From NCBI GenBank assembly GCA_031459915.1, contig JAVKHO010000012.1, forward strand, positions 25,651-89,650: a stretch of 64,000 nucleotides of DNA, written 5' to 3'. The stretch comes from Candidatus Tepidifontimicrobium thermophilum (GTDB lineage Bacteria > Sysuimicrobiota > Sysuimicrobiia > Sysuimicrobiales > Sysuimicrobiaceae). The notes beneath the pieces are model-generated. The model did not search any database and was not told the DNA's origin. It worked only from the letters and a program-made list of their open reading frames with translations. The translations under genes were made by a program, and so were the position numbers. Positions 29,422-38,246 of the stretch are shown here, in pieces (the stretch's first letter is position 1; the number at the start of each line of letters is the position of its first letter).

Positions 29422-29650
29422 AAAAAACTCGGTGCGCCCCGTCCTGGGACGGGGCGCACCCGCGGTTCCACCCAGGTTCCCGCCACCCGGCGGGCCCTCT
29501 CCGCGCGTTTTCGGGCGCACCCGGCGGGCCTACTGCGAGTTCAGCCCGCGGCTCCGAGGGGGTACCGCCACCGCCGCCCACAGGAGTTCCCAGCGCGCCT
29601 CCCTCTCTGCAGCCGGCCGGACGGTGCGGCGCGTCCTCTTCCTCGCCTCG
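29422..29650 (-). ncRNA. T-box riboswitch (Thr) with intrinsic terminator
   Basis: T-box AACCTGGGTGGAACCGCG (29461-29478); candidate ACC specifier at 29561-29563; terminator GGTGCGCCCCGTCC/GGACGGGGCGCACC followed by T6. Confidence 0.9.
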
Positions 29651-29655
29651 AGGCC

Positions 29656-29684
29656 ACCATACTGGCCGGCGCCGCCTGTGTCAA
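29656..29684 (-). promoter_or_regulatory. sigma70-type promoter of the thrS leader
   Basis: TTGACA-N17-TATGGT. Confidence 0.75.
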
Positions 29685-29741
29685 ACGGCCCGCGTGGACC
29701 GCGCGGGCGTACCATGTTGGCAGAACTCCCGGGAGGGGGCT

Positions 29742-31181
29742 GTGGATCCGGAGGCCCTTCACTCACCCACCCGCTGGCTCGCAGCCCACGGGGTGTCGGT
29801 GCCGGACGAGCTGGTGGAGCTCGAGGGGTGGTGGGCGTCTAGCGGGCGCGCGGTCTCCGAAGCCGTTGACCGCATGGGGACTCCGTGGCTGCGGATGTTC
29901 GACCGGCTCGGGGAGCGCACGGACGAGGTCCTGTACCCGCCGGAACACCGCGCCATGCTGTTACGGGGCTACCGCGCGGGCGCGGTGTGGCACGCACTGG
30001 AAGGGGAGGGACTCGAGGCCACCTTCCGGATCGGGTACGTCACCAGCTTCTTCGACCCCGGGGCCTACTGCCCGTACACCGTGTCCCTGGCTACGGCCCT
30101 GGCCGTGCACAAGTACGCCGAACCCGCGGTGCGGGAACGTTTCCTGCCGCTCCTGCTGCGCAGGGACGACGGCGTGTGGCAGGGCGCCACGTGGATGACG
30201 GAGTCCGCGGGAGGTTCGGACCTGGGGACTGCCGTGCAGACCACCGCCCGCCCCGAGGGGGAGCGGTGGCGGTTGCAGGGGGAGAAGTTCTTCGCCAGCA
30301 ACGTGGGCGCGGAGCTGGCCCTGGTGGCGGCGCGGCGGCCGGGCGCGCCGAGAACGGTCCGGGGGCTGAACCTCTTCCTGGTGCCCCGCTGGAGTTCAGA
30401 CGGCCGGCTCAACTACCGGGTACGGCGGCTCAAGGACAAGGTGGGCACTCGGTCGGTACCGACCGGAGAGGTGGAGCTGCTGGACAGCGAGGCTTACCTC
30501 CTGGGCCGCCCGGAGGACGGCGTGTACCACGTGCTGGAGGTCCTCAACGTCTCCCGGGTGGCCAACGCGGTGGGCAGCGCGGCCCTGGCGCAAAGGGCTC
30601 TGGCGGAGGCGGTGGAGTTCGGACGCCGCCGGGTGGCCTTCGGCCGGCCCGTGCTTGAGCACCCGCTGCTGCGCACCCAGTTCCAGGCGAACCTGGAGCG
30701 GGTACGGGCGGCGTTCGCCCTCGCGTGGTTCGCGGTCCGGCTGCTGGAGCAGGTCTGGCAGGAAGTACCGCCGTACCCGGCCCGCTACCACACCTTCCGC
30801 CTGGTCACCCACCTGGCGAAGTTCTGGACCGCGGAGGTGGCCTTCCAGTCGGCCCGGTGGTGTGTGGACGTGCACGGGGGCGCGGGCGTGCTGTCCGAGC
30901 ACGGGGTGGAACGGCTGATCAGGGAGGCGCTGATCCTCCCCATCTGGGAGGGCACTCCACACCGCCAGGTGCTGGACGGGCTGGAGGTAATGGTCCAGAA
31001 GGGCGCGCACGAAGCCCTCCTGGACGAGCTGGCCCGTGCGGACCCGCGTCGGGCGGAGGCCCTGCGGGAGCGCATACGGGCCCACCTGGAACTGCCCCAC
31101 GAGCAGCGCGAAGCCCACGCGGACAGCCTGTTCGCGGAGCTGGCGAGCTTCACCGGCGCGGCCCTGAGCGGCCAGGGATAA
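29742..31181 (+). CDS. Acyl-CoA dehydrogenase family protein (AidB-like)
   Basis: GATWMTESAGGSD, GEKFFAS, RLKDKVGTRSVPTGEVE, PIWEGT. Confidence 0.85.
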   Translation: MDPEALHSPTRWLAAHGVSVPDELVELEGWWASSGRAVSEAVDRMGTPWLRMFDRLGERTDEVLYPPEHRAMLLRGYRAGAVWHALEGEGLEATFRIGYVTSFFDPGAYCPYTVSLATALAVHKYAEPAVRERFLPLLLRRDDGVWQGATWMTESAGGSDLGTAVQTTARPEGERWRLQGEKFFASNVGAELALVAARRPGAPRTVRGLNLFLVPRWSSDGRLNYRVRRLKDKVGTRSVPTGEVELLDSEAYLLGRPEDGVYHVLEVLNVSRVANAVGSAALAQRALAEAVEFGRRRVAFGRPVLEHPLLRTQFQANLERVRAAFALAWFAVRLLEQVWQEVPPYPARYHTFRLVTHLAKFWTAEVAFQSARWCVDVHGGAGVLSEHGVERLIREALILPIWEGTPHRQVLDGLEVMVQKGAHEALLDELARADPRRAEALRERIRAHLELPHEQREAHADSLFAELASFTGAALSGQG

Positions 31182-31638
31182 ACCGCCTGCGCCGCCCGGG
31201 CTCGAGGTCTGGCCGGAACGCGTCCGGGACCACCTCCACACGGACCGGCCGCCCATCCGGACTCAGGTCCACCGCCACCGCGTCGAACCGGCACGGCGGG
31301 AGTGGGCGCTGTCCAAGGGCCTGCAGGTAAGCCTCGGCCAGCCGCACCAGCTGGCGCTGCTTGTGCGCGGTGATGGCCTCAAGGGGGTGGCCGTGTTCCG
31401 GCCCCGCGCGGGCCTTCACCTCCACAAACACCACAGCCCCGCGGTGCTCGCACACCAGGTCCAGCTCGCCGAACCGGAAGCGCACGTTTCGGGCCCGGAC
31501 CCGGTAGCCCAGCCGCTCCAGGGCTCGGGCCGCCGCTTCCTCGGCCTGGAGGCCCGCGGACCGCCGGGGGTCGGTCACCTCCTGGTCAGGGTCCGACCGG
31601 TCCGGCCACCGCCGCAGAATCCCCAGCCACCGGAGCAT
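31150..31638 (-). CDS. yraN: YraN (UPF0102) family nuclease
   Basis: AEEAA...GYRVRARNVR, GELDLV, VFVEVKAR, CRFDAVAV, DAF. Confidence 0.92.
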   Translation of the reverse strand: MLRWLGILRRWPDRSDPDQEVTDPRRSAGLQAEEAAARALERLGYRVRARNVRFRFGELDLVCEHRGAVVFVEVKARAGPEHGHPLEAITAHKQRQLVRLAEAYLQALGQRPLPPCRFDAVAVDLSPDGRPVRVEVVPDAFRPDLEPGRRRRFIPGRSGPRR

Positions 31639-31671
31639 CCCGTAAGAGGGAACGCAGCAAGACCGGGTTTT
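31638..31671 (-). promoter_or_regulatory. Motif AAAACCCGG-N7-GCGTTC-N-CTCTT-A-CGGGA ending at the yraN ATG
   Basis: Near-identical copy upstream of comEC. Confidence 0.6.
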
Positions 31672-31704
31672 CGCGGCACCCGGGCCCCCTAAGTGGCAGA
31701 GTGT

Positions 31705-32322
31705 CTACGGGTTCTGGGAGTCCGGCCACAGGTCCAGCCCGAGGGTCCGCACGGGGGCGAAGGAGCGTCGGTGGACCGGGCTCGGGCCCAGGCGCCGCAA
31801 CGCCTCCAGGTGCGCGGGGCACGCGTAGCCCTTGTGCTGCGCGAAGCCGTAACCCGGGTAGGCGCGGTCCAGCTCCACCATGATGCGGTCCCGCTCCACC
31901 TTGGCCAGGACGGAGGCGGCCGCGATGCAGGCCACCGTACCGTCTCCGCCCACCACCACCCGCTGCGGGAGGTCCGTGACGAGTCCCCATCCCCCGTCCA
32001 CCAGGACCACGGAAGGCCGGACGGAGAGCTGCTCCACCGCGCGCCGCATGGCCAGGCGCGAGGCGTGCAGGACGTTCAGCCGGTCCACCTCCTCCACGGT
32101 GGCCTGCGCCACGGCCCAGCTCACCGCCCTGCGGCGGATCGCCTCCGCCACCTCCTCCCTTTGGTGGGGCGAAAGACGCTTGCTGTCCTGCAGCCCGGGG
32201 ATCCGCGAGCGCGCGTCCAGGACCACCGCTGCGGCCACCACGGGGCCCGCCAGGGGCCCTCTTCCCGCCTCGTCCACGCCGGCCACGTAGCGGTAGCCGG
32301 CCCGCCGGAGGCCGCGCTCCAC
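31705..32322 (-). CDS. rnhB: Ribonuclease HII
   Basis: AGVDEAGRGPLAGPVVAA, DSKRL, IAAASVLAKV, HKGY, HRRSF; start GTG 32322 or CTG 32340. Confidence 0.95.
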   Translation of the reverse strand: MERGLRRAGYRYVAGVDEAGRGPLAGPVVAAAVVLDARSRIPGLQDSKRLSPHQREEVAEAIRRRAVSWAVAQATVEEVDRLNVLHASRLAMRRAVEQLSVRPSVVLVDGGWGLVTDLPQRVVVGGDGTVACIAAASVLAKVERDRIMVELDRAYPGYGFAQHKGYACPAHLEALRRLGPSPVHRRSFAPVRTLGLDLWPDSQNP

Positions 32323-32336
32323 GCTGTACAGGGAGG

Positions 32337-32978
32337 TCAGTGCACCAGGCCGACCCGGTGTGGAGGCCAGTACACCACGACCGCCTTGCCCACCACGTTG
32401 CGCACCGGCACGAGCCCGAAGAAGCGGCTGTCCTCGCTGTTGCACCGGTTGTCCCCCATCACGAACAGGTGCCCCGCGTCCACTTTCTTCGGCCCGTAGT
32501 TCTGCGGACAGCTGCTGTCCCCCTGGCTGGGGGTGAGGTCCGGGCGTGCCTTCCCGTTCACCACCACGACCCCGGACCGGAGCTGCACCGTATCCCCGGG
32601 GAGCCCCACCACGCGCTTCACGAAGTCCTTGCCGGGGTTCAGGGGGTAGCGGAATACGATCACGTCGCCCCGCTGGATGGGCGCCAGGCGGTAGTAGAAC
32701 TTCGCCACCAGGATTCGGTCACCCACCCGCAGGGTGGGCTCCATGGAGCCCGAGGGGATGTAGAAGGCCTGGACCACGAAGGTGATGATGACAAAGGCCA
32801 GGACCACCGCGAACAGCGCCGCGTCCACGGTCTCCAGGACCATGCGACGCACCGCGGGGGAGAACAGGTACGCCCGGCGGATCACGGTGCGGGCGGCCAG
32901 CAGCCCCGCCGCCACCGCCAGGATGACCACGGGGATGCTGGGCTCCGACAGAGACATCGGGAACGCGGTGCCTCTCAT
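32337..32978 (-). CDS. lepB: Signal peptidase I
   Basis: IPSGSMEPTL, RGDVIVF, FVKRVVG, GDNRCNSEDSRFFG. Confidence 0.95.
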   Translation of the reverse strand: MRGTAFPMSLSEPSIPVVILAVAAGLLAARTVIRRAYLFSPAVRRMVLETVDAALFAVVLAFVIITFVVQAFYIPSGSMEPTLRVGDRILVAKFYYRLAPIQRGDVIVFRYPLNPGKDFVKRVVGLPGDTVQLRSGVVVVNGKARPDLTPSQGDSSCPQNYGPKKVDAGHLFVMGDNRCNSEDSRFFGLVPVRNVVGKAVVVYWPPHRVGLVH

Positions 32979-33104
32979 CTCTTCCCCAACGCCACAGCGG
33001 CGCGGCCGTCCCGTCCACCGCCCCCTGTGGCGGTCGAAAGCCCCGGCCTTCCACTCCCAACGATCACGGTTCTCGCAGACCCACCCGGGGCTGCTACGGT
33101 GCCG

Positions 33105-33446
33105 CTACCGACGCTCCTTGATGCGGGTTTCCTTCCCGACCTTCTCCCGCAGGTAGTACAGTTTGGCGCGCCGCACCTGGCCCCGGCGGACCACCTCGAT
33201 GCGTTCCAGCCGCGGGGAGTGCAGGGGGAAGATCCGCTCCACCCCCACGCCGTGCGAGATCCGCCGCACCGTCACCGTCTCCCGCAGCCCGCCGCCTCGC
33301 CGCGCCACCACCACGCCCTCAAACGCCTGCACCCGCTCCCTGCCGCCCTCCACCACCTTGAAGTGCACCCGCACGGTATCCCCCGGCCCGAACTCCGGCA
33401 GGTCCCGCTTGAGCTGCTCCTGCTCTACCAGCGCGATCTTGTCCAT
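33105..33446 (-). CDS. rplS: 50S ribosomal protein L19
   Basis: [31 protein letters not shown]. Confidence 0.98.
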   Translation of the reverse strand: MDKIALVEQEQLKRDLPEFGPGDTVRVHFKVVEGGRERVQAFEGVVVARRGGGLRETVTVRRISHGVGVERIFPLHSPRLERIEVVRRGQVRRAKLYYLREKVGKETRIKERR

Positions 33447-33536
33447 GATGGCGTCCCCTCACCGACCTCGTCTCCGCTGCCCGCGCGCCGCCGTACCGCA
33501 CGTCCCGGGGCCCGGACGGCGGACCACAAACACGAA

Positions 33537-34310
33537 TTATACACCACCCCCGCCGCCCTCCCGTTCCTCCCGCAGGACCTCCTCCAGGAGGGCGCGGTCC
33601 TCTTCGTCCAGCTGTGCGGCCTGCAGCAGGTCGGGCCGCCGCCGCAGGGTGCGGCGGATCGCCTCCTTGCGCCGCCACCGGGCGATGGCCTGGTGGTTGC
33701 CCGACAGGAGCACCTCCGGGACCCGCAGCCCCTCCACCTCCGCGGGCCGGGTGTAGTGCGGGTAGTCCAGGAGGCCCCGGGTGAAGGAGTCCTCCCGCAC
33801 CGACGCCTCGTCGCCCACCACCCCGGGCACCAGGCGCGCGGTGGCGTCCACGATGACCATGGCTGCCAGCTCCCCACCTGTGAGCACGTAGTCGCCGATG
33901 GAGATCTCCTCCGCCCTGAGCCCCACCGCCACCCGTTCGTCCACGCCCTCGTAGTGCCCGCACAGGATCACCAGGTGGCCCGCGCGGCTCAGCTCGTACG
34001 CCAGGCGCTGGGTGAAGGGGCGGCCCTGCGGGGAGGTGAGGATCACGCGGCCGAGGCCTCCGGCCTCCTGGGCGATGGCCCGGGCCGCGGCGAAGAAGGG
34101 TTCCGCCTTCATCACCATCCCGGGCCCTCCCCCGTACGGGTAGTCGTCGGTGGTGCGGTGCCGGTCGGTGGTGAAGTCCCTCAGGTTCCACACCCGGACC
34201 AGCAGCAGTCCGGCCCGCTGGGCCCGCCCCAGCACGCTCAGCTGCAGGGGCGCGAAGGCCTCCGGGAAGATGGTCACGACGTCCACCCGCAGCTTCGGCC
34301 GGTCCGGCAC
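33537..34310 (-). CDS. trmD: tRNA m1G37 methyltransferase
   Basis: DDYPYGGGPGM, CGHYEGVDER, SIGDYVLTGGE, VLLSGNH. Confidence 0.97.
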   Translation of the reverse strand: MPDRPKLRVDVVTIFPEAFAPLQLSVLGRAQRAGLLLVRVWNLRDFTTDRHRTTDDYPYGGGPGMVMKAEPFFAAARAIAQEAGGLGRVILTSPQGRPFTQRLAYELSRAGHLVILCGHYEGVDERVAVGLRAEEISIGDYVLTGGELAAMVIVDATARLVPGVVGDEASVREDSFTRGLLDYPHYTRPAEVEGLRVPEVLLSGNHQAIARWRRKEAIRRTLRRRPDLLQAAQLDEEDRALLEEVLREEREGGGGGV

Positions 34311-34829
34311 CTACGCCTCCACCAGACCCGGCAGCAGGCGCACGGTGATGCGGCGCTGGTCGGCGCGGACCTCCCGGACCACCTCCCGCACCGCAGGCAG
34401 CAGGACCTCGCGCCGCGCGCCCCGGACCACGTACACGTCGTGGGCGGGCCCACGCAGGATCTCCTCTAGCGTCCCCAGGGTCTGCCCGTCCTCCGTGACC
34501 ACCTGACAGCCGACCAGGTCCGCCACGTAGTACGTGCCCTCCGGAAGAGGGGCCGCCTCCTCGCGGCGCACGCACACCTCCGCGCCCCGCAGCCGCTCCG
34601 CGGCGATCCGGTCGTCCACCCCCTCCAGCTTCAGGAGGAAGGCGCCCGCGGCACGGCGCACCGACTCCACCCGGCGCTCCTCCGTGCCCCACGGCGCCAC
34701 CAGCCAAACGGTCCGCAGGCCCAGCAGCCGCTCGGGGAAGTCGGTGTCGGGGACGAGGCGGACCTCGCCCCGGAGGCCGTGCGGCCGCCCGACCCACGCC
34801 ACCCGCAACCGGTCCTGCGCGGCCCTCAT
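34311..34829 (-). CDS. rimM: Ribosome maturation factor RimM
   Basis: PHGLRGEV, EGTYYVADLVG; synteny. Confidence 0.93.
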   Translation of the reverse strand: MRAAQDRLRVAWVGRPHGLRGEVRLVPDTDFPERLLGLRTVWLVAPWGTEERRVESVRRAAGAFLLKLEGVDDRIAAERLRGAEVCVRREEAAPLPEGTYYVADLVGCQVVTEDGQTLGTLEEILRGPAHDVYVVRGARREVLLPAVREVVREVRADQRRITVRLLPGLVEA

Positions 34830-35233
34830 CCCCCCCGGATCTCCATCACGATGCCGTCCTTGACGACGATCTCCGTACGCCCGAGCTTGTGGAACAGGTT
34901 GTCGCCCACGTGGACCTCCACCTGGGCGTCCACGGTGAGCTGCGGGAACTCCGTATTGAGCTCCAGGGTCCGGGCCTCCCGCAGCCGTTCCTGCAGCTCC
35001 GCCCGGAGGGCCTCGTGCCGCTGCCGTTCCAGCTCGAGCTGCTGACGCACGGCCCGGGTGTGCGGGGTGACCTGGCGCTCCAGCTCCATGCGGCGGATCT
35101 GCGTCTCCACCTGCCCCAGCAGGTCCTCCACCCGGCGCAGGGCCTCCTCCAGCTCCCGCACGTACAGCTCCTTGAAGGTCTCCGTCACGATGGCCTTGAC
35201 CACTACCGGACGCAGCAGGGTGATCTTCGTCAT
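34826..35233 (-). CDS. ylqD: YlqD family protein
   Basis: RPVVVKAIVTE, coiled coil, EIVVKDGIVMEIR; between khpA and rimM. Confidence 0.85.
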   Translation of the reverse strand: MTKITLLRPVVVKAIVTETFKELYVRELEEALRRVEDLLGQVETQIRRMELERQVTPHTRAVRQQLELERQRHEALRAELQERLREARTLELNTEFPQLTVDAQVEVHVGDNLFHKLGRTEIVVKDGIVMEIRGG

Positions 35234-35242
35234 CGCCTCCTC

Positions 35243-35497
35243 CTACCGGGCTTCCGGCCTGGGTCGCCCGTCCTCAATCTCCAGCAGCACCACCCGGCCG
35301 CCCCGCACCCCCGCGGCCCGCACCAGGGTCCGCAGGGCCCGCGCCATGCGTCCGCCCCGGCCGATGACCTTGCCCACGTCCTCCGGCGCTACCCGCACCC
35401 GCAGCACCGTGCCCCGGTCGTCCTGCGCCTCCTCCACCTGGACCAGTTCGGGCCGCGCCACGATCCCCCGCAGGACGTACTCCACCAGCTCCCGCAT
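35243..35497 (-). CDS. khpA: KH-domain RNA-binding protein KhpA
   Basis: DVGKVIGRGGRMARALRT. Confidence 0.92.
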   Translation of the reverse strand: MRELVEYVLRGIVARPELVQVEEAQDDRGTVLRVRVAPEDVGKVIGRGGRMARALRTLVRAAGVRGGRVVLLEIEDGRPRPEAR

Positions 35498-35500
35498 GGC

Positions 35501-35785
35501 CTACTCCTGCGGCCGGCGGCTGGCCCGGCGCCGCTGCCACTCCTGCAGGATCCCCGTCTTCTGCAGCAGCACCCGCGCGCTGTCCGACGGCCGCGCGCCC
35601 CGCTCCAGCCACGCGATGGCCCGCTCCGCGTCGATGTGGATGGTGGACGGCTCCGTGCGCGGGTTGTAGTGCCCCAGGATCTCGATGGACCGCCCGTCCC
35701 GCGGGGCCCGGGAGTCCGCCACCACCACCCGGTACACGGGCTGGTGCTTCTGCCCCATGCGCATCAGTCGGATCTTCACCGCCAT
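35501..35785 (-). CDS. rpsP: 30S ribosomal protein S16
   Basis: [26 protein letters not shown]. Confidence 0.98.
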   Translation of the reverse strand: MAVKIRLMRMGQKHQPVYRVVVADSRAPRDGRSIEILGHYNPRTEPSTIHIDAERAIAWLERGARPSDSARVLLQKTGILQEWQRRRASRRPQE

Positions 35786-35810
35786 CGTCTCCCTCCTCCG
35801 TGCGTGGTGT

Positions 35811-37142
35811 TCAAACCGGCGGCCACAGGGGACGCTTGCCCCGGCGTCCCATGCGCTCCAGCTCCCGCATCATCCGCTTGGCCTCCTCGAACTGCTTGAG
35901 GAGACGGTTCACGTCCTGCACCGTGGTCCCGCTGCCGCGGGCGATCCGCCGCTTGCGGCTGGCGTTCAGGATGGCCGGGTCCCGGCGCTCCTGAGGGGTC
36001 ATGGAGTCCAGGATGGCCTCCATACGCTTGAGCTCCCGCTCCTGCGCCTCCGCCTCCGGCCGCCGGCCCCGCAAAGCCGCGACTCCCGGGATCAGCTCCA
36101 GGAGGCTGTCTAGAGGCCCCATGCGCCGCACCTGCCGGAGCTGCTCCCGGAAGTCCTCCAGGGTGAACTCCGCCCGGCGCAGCTTGCGCTCCAGCTCCGC
36201 GGCGCGCTGGGCGTCCACCGCCTCCCGGGCGCGCTCCACCAGGGTCAGCACGTCCCCCATACCAAGGATCCGGGAGGCCATGCGGTCCGGGTGGAAGGGC
36301 TCCAGGGCCTCCAGCTTCTCCCCGGTTCCCACGAACATCACCGGCCGCCCCACCGCGGCCACCACCGACAGCGCGGCCCCACCCCGGGCGTCCCCGTCCA
36401 GCTTGGTCAGGACCACCCCGTCGATGGTGAGCGCCTCGTGGAACCGCTGCGCCACCCGCACCGCCTCCTGCCCGGTCATGGCGTCCACCACCAAAAGGAC
36501 GTAGTGGGCCGCCGCAGCGTCCCGGACGCGGCGCAGCTCCTCCAGGAGGTCGTCGGCCACGTGCACGCGACCCGCGGTGTCCACCAGGACGAAGTCGTAG
36601 CCCGCGGAACGCGCGTGGTCCACCGCGGACCGGGCCACCTCTGCGGGGTCTGTGAGGGCTGGGGCGAACACGGGGACGCCCGCCCGCTCGCCCACCACCT
36701 GGAGCTGGCGGACCGCCGCGGGGCGCTGCAGGTCCGCGGCCACCAGCAAGGGCCGTCGGCCGCGCTTGCGCAGGTACAGGGCCAGCTTCGCCGCCTGGGT
36801 GGTCTTGCCGGTGCCGTGGAGCCCGCACAGGAGCACCACCGTGGGGGGTCTGGGAGCGGGCACCAGCTCCCGGTGCTCCCCGCCCAGCAGCCGGACCAGC
36901 TCCTCGTAAACCACCTGGACCACCTGCTGCGCCGGGGTCAGGCTCTTCCACACCTCCCGTCCCACCGCGGCCTCGCGGACCCGGGCGATGAAGTCCCGCA
37001 CCACCTGCACGTGAACGTCCGCCTCCAACAGGGCTAGCCGCACCTCCCGGACCGCGGCCTCCACGTCCTCAGGCCGCAACACCCCCCGCCCGCTCAGACG
37101 GCGGAACACGCCCGCGAGCCGGTCCTGCAGGGCCTCAAACAC
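35811..37142 (-). CDS. ffh: Signal recognition particle protein Ffh
   Basis: [47 protein letters not shown]. Confidence 0.97.
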   Translation of the reverse strand: MFEALQDRLAGVFRRLSGRGVLRPEDVEAAVREVRLALLEADVHVQVVRDFIARVREAAVGREVWKSLTPAQQVVQVVYEELVRLLGGEHRELVPAPRPPTVVLLCGLHGTGKTTQAAKLALYLRKRGRRPLLVAADLQRPAAVRQLQVVGERAGVPVFAPALTDPAEVARSAVDHARSAGYDFVLVDTAGRVHVADDLLEELRRVRDAAAAHYVLLVVDAMTGQEAVRVAQRFHEALTIDGVVLTKLDGDARGGAALSVVAAVGRPVMFVGTGEKLEALEPFHPDRMASRILGMGDVLTLVERAREAVDAQRAAELERKLRRAEFTLEDFREQLRQVRRMGPLDSLLELIPGVAALRGRRPEAEAQERELKRMEAILDSMTPQERRDPAILNASRKRRIARGSGTTVQDVNRLLKQFEEAKRMMRELERMGRRGKRPLWPPV

Positions 37143-37758
37143 CGTGCACCCTCCGCGTCCCGCGGTACACCCGATAGCCTCCGCCCCGCTCCACCTCTTC
37201 GGCTTCCCCGAAGACCTCCGCCACCAGCCGGCCCAGGGTTTTCGCCCCCTGCGCGGTCCGGGCCACCAGGTAGAACGAGCCACCGGGCTTCAGGTGCGCG
37301 GGGGCGCCTTCCACCATGGCCCGCACCACCGCCCGGCCGGCCCGGATGGGCGGGTTGGTAGCGATGACGTCAAAGGTGCGGCCCGCCACCGGCTCGTACA
37401 GGTCTCCCTGTAGCACCTCCACGTTGAGGACCCCGCAGCGCCGGGCGTTCTCCCGCGCCAGCTGCACCGCGCGCGGGTTGATGTCCACCAGGACCGCACG
37501 ACCCCGCACCGCTAGGCTCGCGGCCACGATCCCCACCACCCCGTACCCACAGCCCAGGTCCAGCACCTCGTCCTCGGGACCCACCTCCAGGGCCTCGAGC
37601 AGCAGGCGCGTGCCGCGATCGACGCCCCGGTAGGAGAACACCCCGCGGTCGGTGAGGAACTGAAACCGCCGCCCCCCGAACTCCAGCTCCACCACCCGGG
37701 GCCGGGAAGACACCTGGGGAGCCGGGCTGAAGTAGTGGGCGGCCTGCCGGGGGCTCAC
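37135..37758 (-). CDS. Class I SAM-dependent methyltransferase (RsmC/YbxB-like)
   Basis: HYFS, GVFS..VDRGT, LDLGCGYG, NPPIRAG. Confidence 0.88.
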   Translation of the reverse strand: MSPRQAAHYFSPAPQVSSRPRVVELEFGGRRFQFLTDRGVFSYRGVDRGTRLLLEALEVGPEDEVLDLGCGYGVVGIVAASLAVRGRAVLVDINPRAVQLARENARRCGVLNVEVLQGDLYEPVAGRTFDVIATNPPIRAGRAVVRAMVEGAPAHLKPGGSFYLVARTAQGAKTLGRLVAEVFGEAEEVERGGGYRVYRGTRRVHGV

Positions 37759-38129
37759 AGCAGCTCCCGCAGCGCCCGGACCCTCGCCAGAAGCCGCTGC
37801 GCCACTCTCCCGCTGACCGTCCTGCGGATCTCTCCCTCCAGGGCGTCCAGCTCCTGCAGCAACAGCTGCCGGCGCCGGTCCTCGCCCCGCGCCCGCTGCA
37901 CCAACCCCAGCAGCTCCTCGTACCGGACCAGCTCCGCCAGGGACCGGCGGAGGCTGTCGTGGATGGCCTGCCGGGTGACGCCCAGGCGTTCCGCGATCTC
38001 CGACAGGGAGAGGTCGTCGTGGAAGTACAGAGCGACCAGCTGCTGCTGCCGCGGGGTCAGCAGCCGCGCGTACGCGTCGAACAGCCGGATGACGGTGAAC
38101 CGGTCGGCCAGCAGGCGGTCCGTGGCCAT
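37755..38129 (-). CDS. ylxM: YlxM family HTH protein (UPF0122)
   Basis: LFDAYARLLT, DDLSLSEIAE, TRQAIHD, YEELLGL. Confidence 0.92.
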   Translation of the reverse strand: MATDRLLADRFTVIRLFDAYARLLTPRQQQLVALYFHDDLSLSEIAERLGVTRQAIHDSLRRSLAELVRYEELLGLVQRARGEDRRRQLLLQELDALEGEIRRTVSGRVAQRLLARVRALRELL

Positions 38130-38189
38130 CTCCTGTAAAGTCTCCTTCCTTTACAGGAGAAGGCTACCACGCCCCGCGCCGGGTATCAA
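38129..38189 (-). promoter_or_regulatory. ylxM-ffh promoter with a perfect 12-bp inverted repeat over the start region
   Basis: TTGATA-N17-TAGCCT; TCTCCTGTAAAG-N8-CTTTACAGGAGA at 38129-38160. Confidence 0.75.
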
Positions 38190-38246
38190 CCGCGGCAGAC
38201 GGCCCCGCGGCTCGCCCGTCCGCTCACGGCTCCGTCGGCCGGCCCG

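Noticed and set aside
32322..32340. Possible CTG start of rnhB in a CTGA overlap with the lepB stop
   Set aside because: An in-frame GTG six codons later also gives a complete enzyme, so the sequence cannot decide
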